The notes under the pieces: model-generated | Databases searched by the model: none | What the model saw: the letters and a program-made list of their open reading frames with translations, nothing else | What the model was told of the DNA's origin: nothing | Part shown: positions 42,248-46,663 of the stretch, one piece after another | Layout: each line of letters starts with the position of its first letter | Numbering within the stretch: the first letter of the stretch is position 1 | IMG/VR virus record: IMGVR_UViG_3300032274_000545 | Span: 1-46,663 of that record | Length of the DNA stretch: 46,663 nucleotides | Strand: one strand, 5' to 3' | Origin: a virus | Lineage: Duplodnaviria; Caudoviricetes | Translations under genes and position numbers: made by a program

Positions 42248-44743
42248 TTACGGGTATCTAAACCGTACCGTGATATTAACCACTGTTACGGGCGTATTTG
42301 TAAATGTTATTTCATCGTCTGAGCCGTCGATATTTGTTACAGAGTAATTACTTGAGTCTATATACATGCCATTAGCGTAAACCCAAATCTGGGCTTTGTC
42401 TGATGGTAATGTGCCGGAATTGACACTAACGCTAATCGTCTGAGCTACGGGCGCGGTAAATACTTCCTCATAGAAGCCGGAAATACTGCCCGGAATGATC
42501 GCGCCGCCTAAGTAACCGCCAGCGCCGCCGGAACCGCCCGAAATACTAGACTCACCTTCGCCAACCGGGCTACTTACTTTGTTATCCGCGTCGGTTTGCA
42601 GCGGCACCGCGTCCAGTAAAAGCCGTGTTTTTGTGCTATTGCTTGAAAGCGGATTGTAGCCGTCGATTTCTTGCAAAATATATTTGTCACCGTTGATTTC
42701 TATACGATAACGGAAAGACAATTGTGCCAGGTCGATCTCATTCCAAAATAGGTAATAGTCATATTGCTTGCCTACCTCAATACGTTTTGCGCTTTGCAAA
42801 TGGAATCGGGTAAGTAAACCCGTTACCGTTTCGCCCGTGTTGGTCGTTTCGTCTCCAAAAGAAAGGGAAAGGTCAACGCCGGACGGGTCGTTGAAATTAA
42901 CCATGAACGCCGCCGGGAAGTCATACGCCGACGTAGCACTTGTTGCCGTGTCGTACAGGTTCACATACCCGTCGTACCCTGAACGCCGCCCAGCATAGTA
43001 TAGAAGTCTGGGCGCCGTGTCGTAGTCGGGATCACTGGCCGTTGTGTTTTGGTAGTCTTCCGGGTAAATAATCGGGATCTGCGGCACAAAATCCGTACTG
43101 CTTGAATTATATATTGAATTAGCAGGGTAGTGCAAGGCCTTAGCAAAGAATTGGGTTGTTGTTCTATCTTCACCTTCTGGGAAACGCCCGGCAGGGTAGC
43201 GGTAGCGGGCAGAATATAAAGAAACGCCTTTCGCCCCTTCAATCGCTTCGGTTGTTTCGTCATCGGTCGCCCACGCTAAAACAAAATCTCTTTTCTTGTT
43301 TGTGATCATAGCCAATTCGCCGCCCTTACTAACATCAAAGTATCGCGACATATCCGAAGCGGAAGAACGAAAGAAAAATCCGTCATTTGCTTCTGTCGTC
43401 GTCGCTCCCGTTGAATCTGCGCGATAGGTAGCGTAGTAGTAGTCTGCCGGATAAGCGGCGACTGTACCCGCTTGTACGTCCGTTTGCCATTTTAGATTGA
43501 AAATCCGCGTTAGGTCGGTTATCATATCGCGCACCTTCCAGTCAAAAGGTATGATATATTGCCATGGTATAGGGTCATTTAGGAACCATTCGTCTTTTTC
43601 GAAATCGACAGTAAAAACAGAGGTCAAAGTAAAGGGGTCGCTGTCTGTTGTATCGGTTTCAGTTTCAATAAACGCCCGTATTTCTGCGTCTGCTTCGAGC
43701 GTACCCGTCCAGCTTATCGTATGTAGGCCTATACCGCCCGTTTGACTCACTGTTGAGTCGTATATTTTCGTAAAATTGAATGTTGTGGTATCGTTTTTGA
43801 ACCCTAAATAAACGGTCTGGTCGTCAGGGAAACCCGAACCCGATTCTAAAAAGTCGATTAAGTTAACTGTTAAATTGAGCCGGTAGAGTGCTTTTAGCGG
43901 CGCTTTGAAGCTTTGCGCGTAAGTATGGCCGCCCTCGTTGTAGCGGTCGCCGGGGTCGCGGTTTGGGTCGGGTGTTTCTTTGTCGTGATTTATGATAGTT
44001 TCCGTTGCCGTCGTTGTGGGCGCTGCAATGGTTTGCGCCGCGCTGCTTTCTACCCTTATATTTACCTGACTATTCGCATATTCGCCGTCTAAGTTTAGCG
44101 GAACAGGTATAATTAGGCGGTTAAATGGGTCTGAGTCATACAGAGAGGCCACAGAATATCCGATTAAGGTAAACGCCTTGTCTAGTATTGAATTAACAAA
44201 AATCGCGGGTGTGTGGTCAATATGCCGAATTGCAGAGCTTTGCGCCCATTCTGCCCACTTAACGACGGTAAAGCAGGATTCGTCAGCAGTAGGGGAGTAG
44301 GCCGCCTCTGTTGCGCTTGCAGTCAACGTGCCGTCTGTCCATCCTAAATCCCTAATGCGCAAGTCTCCCAAGTCCTGAAACCAATCGGCGTTGGAACCAA
44401 AGAACGCATATTTGTAGCCTGCTGGCCTAAGCCCGTACCCTTTGCGGATAAGCGAGACATTAGTTAGTTGCGCTTTGCCAGCCAGGACAGGCAAGCCGTT
44501 TACTTCAATCCTTGCGGCCTGGAGTGTCCCGGCGGCGCTGGTTATCGTTGCCGGTTCGTCTGCACTTTCTGCTATTTCCGTGTTGACATTAGTGGGCGGC
44601 AGAACAATAGCCCGCTTTGAGTGTGCGCCCCGGACGTTACCCAAATCCGTTTCCTCAATACTGTATTGAATCGCAAGAGATAAGCCGCTAACGTCTACGT
44701 TTGCCTGCTGCCCGCCTATGAATATGTCAACGTATTTTTTCAT
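42248..44743 (-). CDS. Tail tip/baseplate hub protein (putative)
   Basis: 831 aa adjacent to the TMP; HSKRAIVLPPT.VN; LTRIFNL. Confidence 0.7.
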   Translation of the reverse strand: MKKYVDIFIGGQQANVDVSGLSLAIQYSIEETDLGNVRGAHSKRAIVLPPTNVNTEIAESADEPATITSAAGTLQAARIEVNGLPVLAGKAQLTNVSLIRKGYGLRPAGYKYAFFGSNADWFQDLGDLRIRDLGWTDGTLTASATEAAYSPTADESCFTVVKWAEWAQSSAIRHIDHTPAIFVNSILDKAFTLIGYSVASLYDSDPFNRLIIPVPLNLDGEYANSQVNIRVESSAAQTIAAPTTTATETIINHDKETPDPNRDPGDRYNEGGHTYAQSFKAPLKALYRLNLTVNLIDFLESGSGFPDDQTVYLGFKNDTTTFNFTKIYDSTVSQTGGIGLHTISWTGTLEADAEIRAFIETETDTTDSDPFTLTSVFTVDFEKDEWFLNDPIPWQYIIPFDWKVRDMITDLTRIFNLKWQTDVQAGTVAAYPADYYYATYRADSTGATTTEANDGFFFRSSASDMSRYFDVSKGGELAMITNKKRDFVLAWATDDETTEAIEGAKGVSLYSARYRYPAGRFPEGEDRTTTQFFAKALHYPANSIYNSSSTDFVPQIPIIYPEDYQNTTASDPDYDTAPRLLYYAGRRSGYDGYVNLYDTATSATSAYDFPAAFMVNFNDPSGVDLSLSFGDETTNTGETVTGLLTRFHLQSAKRIEVGKQYDYYLFWNEIDLAQLSFRYRIEINGDKYILQEIDGYNPLSSNSTKTRLLLDAVPLQTDADNKVSSPVGEGESSISGGSGGAGGYLGGAIIPGSISGFYEEVFTAPVAQTISVSVNSGTLPSDKAQIWVYANGMYIDSSNYSVTNIDGSDDEITFTNTPVTVVNITVRFRYP

Positions 44744-45918
44744 CAGCTTTCCTGCGTTATCTCATTTTCAAAAAGTACGGTAAAATCAATTTCTTGTTCT
44801 GCCAGATTGCTAGTGTCTATATTGTTGCTGCCAGGTTCGACGGTAACAAGCCAAAGGGAGCCGTCTAATTCCATATACACTTCCGGCGAAATAAACATAT
44901 TTCTAACCCAGTCCGCCGTCGTTTGGTCGATCACGACTTTGAATTTGTATTTGATACGGCTTTCAATGCCGGTCTTAATTATCCCCTCCAGGTCGCTATC
45001 GGTTGGAATAGGTTGGTTTATTTCGCCTATCTGCCCGTCATGCTCGTGTTGCTTGATAATTTGCCCCTCAAACGTGTATTGATCAACGCCGCCCAGGCTG
45101 TTCAGCCAATAAAATCGGTAAGCGTCGGCGCACCTGGTCACAACGTCAAAACGCCAGGCTTCGCTGTAAGCGTCTCCGCTTGCGTTCCCTAGCTCAATAG
45201 TGTAGTAAGTAATGTCTGAGAAGTCGGCAGGCATACCGCTTTCGCCTTCTAGGTTCGCCGTTCCTGCGTCAATGCTTATCATTGTCGGGTTGGGGCCGGC
45301 CGAAAATGTGTTTTGAGAAGCCGACGAATTAAACCCCGCGCTATCATAGAACTTTAACAGGATGTACTGCCAACCTTTACGCGCCGCGCAGACCGCCGCC
45401 GGTTCACTTTGCCCTATGTCCTGAGCGCTTGCGCCGTCTGTCAACCACTTAAAAGGCGTTGCCGTGCTTTGCTGATAATAGTCAGTCATCGTTATATCAT
45501 TCGCCGGGCGTTTGGCAGCAAAAGCGTAGAGCGTTGACGAGGTTTCGCCCGAGCCGGACGTTTCCAATAAACCAACGCTGTTACGGTATTCTAAATAAGC
45601 GTCAACGCTGTAATTCGCGTAAGCATCCGCCGCAACGGTCGCCGTAAAGCCAGACTGAGCCGGGAAGATAGTAGACGCTGCAACATAATCAGTGCGGGGC
45701 AAAAGATAGCGCTGTATAGGGCTTTGTACGTCGATATAGAAAGTATAATCATTGCCGTCTTTCGCGGCATAGGGCTTCCTGTACGTCACCTGCAATGCTC
45801 CGGCGACATATACCTCAACTTTCAACGCCTCAATACTTGCCGTGCTGCTCGCCGTGCTTGTGAATCTTAGCGGCCTATATGCGGCGCTCAGTTCTTCCGG
45901 TTCGACTGTAAAACTCAT
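44743..45918 (-). CDS. Distal tail protein-like
   Basis: FYWLNSLGGVDQYTF; ISPEVY. Confidence 0.65.
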   Translation of the reverse strand: MSFTVEPEELSAAYRPLRFTSTASSTASIEALKVEVYVAGALQVTYRKPYAAKDGNDYTFYIDVQSPIQRYLLPRTDYVAASTIFPAQSGFTATVAADAYANYSVDAYLEYRNSVGLLETSGSGETSSTLYAFAAKRPANDITMTDYYQQSTATPFKWLTDGASAQDIGQSEPAAVCAARKGWQYILLKFYDSAGFNSSASQNTFSAGPNPTMISIDAGTANLEGESGMPADFSDITYYTIELGNASGDAYSEAWRFDVVTRCADAYRFYWLNSLGGVDQYTFEGQIIKQHEHDGQIGEINQPIPTDSDLEGIIKTGIESRIKYKFKVVIDQTTADWVRNMFISPEVYMELDGSLWLVTVEPGSNNIDTSNLAEQEIDFTVLFENEITQES

Positions 45919-46073
45919 TTTTCATCGCATTTATAGTGTATGTACCCTTCATTTGATCCAAGCATGGCTGCCATTTCATTACCCTTTTTGACTATCGGGC
46001 AACCATCCACGCCCCATTTTACAGCCTTTCCGCAAACAATACATTTAGGATGTTTTTCTTTTTCTTTGCCCAT
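45915..46073 (-). CDS. 52-aa zinc-finger protein (CIVC...HYKC)
   Basis: Read by hand; ATGA overlap with the next gene. Confidence 0.6.
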   Translation of the reverse strand: MGKEKEKHPKCIVCGKAVKWGVDGCPIVKKGNEMAAMLGSNEGYIHYKCDEK

Positions 46074-46662
46074 TTTTTTTAGGTTTTTTTTCTAGTCGTT
46101 TCAATGTTGTATCCGAAACCGCCCAACTCCCAACCTTATAGTCAAGGCTCATTAATTCGTGTGCAAAAATATTCGCGTCCACCTCATAAGGTAGCAACTC
46201 ATGAAAAACGTGGTTAACCGAATCCTCGGTATAAGGCAACGCGCTATAAACTTTTGCGAGATTTTCGTTATAAATGCAAGTGCGAACCGGAGCGAAATTG
46301 TATTGGATTTTATGCCGAAACTCATGCAATAAAAGCCAAATCATTTTTATCACAGACGGCTCATATTCGCTGCCTACGTGGAAGGTCAAATAATCGCCCT
46401 CGTCAATCCCGATAATCATTTTTTTGTTTATCCAGGGATTTTTAAGATTTTTTTTAGATTCATCCAGCGGTCGCAACTTCACCTCGTAGGGCAGAAACCG
46501 CAAGTACTCTGGCCGGCGCTCCTTGATCATCTTCGTGAAAAGCTTTCCTGGGACAGTCACCCGCCGAACGCTTTCATCTGCATAGGTGACATTTACCAAG
46601 CTTTCACCCGGCGCGTCCTCTGCTGCATAATGCAGTTTTTGCCATTTTTGCTTATTTATTTC
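46045..46662 (-). CDS. HExxH zinc-metallopeptidase-like protein; starts at ATG 147 across the circular junction (212 aa)
   Basis: LLHEFRHKIQ...YEVDANIFA; the frame continues through the terminal overlap to MSTDFFQEINK. Confidence 0.75.
   Translation of the reverse strand, partial: EINKQKWQKLHYAAEDAPGESLVNVTYADESVRRVTVPGKLFTKMIKERRPEYLRFLPYEVKLRPLDESKKNLKNPWINKKMIIGIDEGDYLTFHVGSEYEPSVIKMIWLLLHEFRHKIQYNFAPVRTCIYNENLAKVYSALPYTEDSVNHVFHELLPYEVDANIFAHELMSLDYKVGSWAVSDTTLKRLEKKPKKNGQRKRKTS
46537..46662. repeat. Terminal direct repeat, right copy
   Basis: Identical to 1-126. Confidence 0.95.
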
Positions 46663-46663
46663 A

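Noticed and set aside
46537-46663. Terminal repeat as a biological DTR or att site
   Set aside because: It falls mid-gene, and its length (126-127) matches a typical assembler k-mer overlap
1-46663. Stop-codon reassignment
   Set aside because: Core genes are full-length under the standard bacterial code and all three stop codons terminate genes

Overview
This window is an apparently complete, circularly permuted genome of a tailed (siphovirus-like) bacteriophage. Bases 1-126 repeat at 46537-46662, and one ORF reads intact across that junction. The host is most likely a Bacteroidota bacterium: several promoters match TTG-N20-TAnnTTTG and the start regions are A-rich without Shine-Dalgarno sequences. 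Most genes are on the minus strand. The late block holds terminase, a frameshifting tail chaperone, neck/tail genes, tape measure, Clp-type head protease, major capsid, portal, adaptor, a fibre and holin-like genes. The early block holds a Cro-like HTH, an ssDNA-annealing protein, a NinB-like protein, a replication initiator with iterons, two DNA methyltransferases, VRR-NUC and a tRNA-CAT. A plus-strand accessory block spans about 20.5-27.5 kb. I found no integrase, DNA polymerase, SSB or recognisable endolysin. The most notable observations are: (1) three unrelated early proteins end in the same C-terminal tag, IxYPSGD-stop, conserved through synonymous changes; (2) a membrane protein gene contains 26 same-strand GCGCAA copies spread over all three frames; (3) glycosyltransferase, sulfotransferase and acyltransferase genes sit among the morphogenesis genes, and the fibre protein has a Sec signal peptide; (4) a twister ribozyme lies in an accessory operon; (5) the C5 methyltransferase has a nested alternative-frame subunit; (6) many accessory genes are bracketed by short direct repeats; (7) there are several candidate small RNAs. 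All product calls come from motif recognition by eye; no searches were run.
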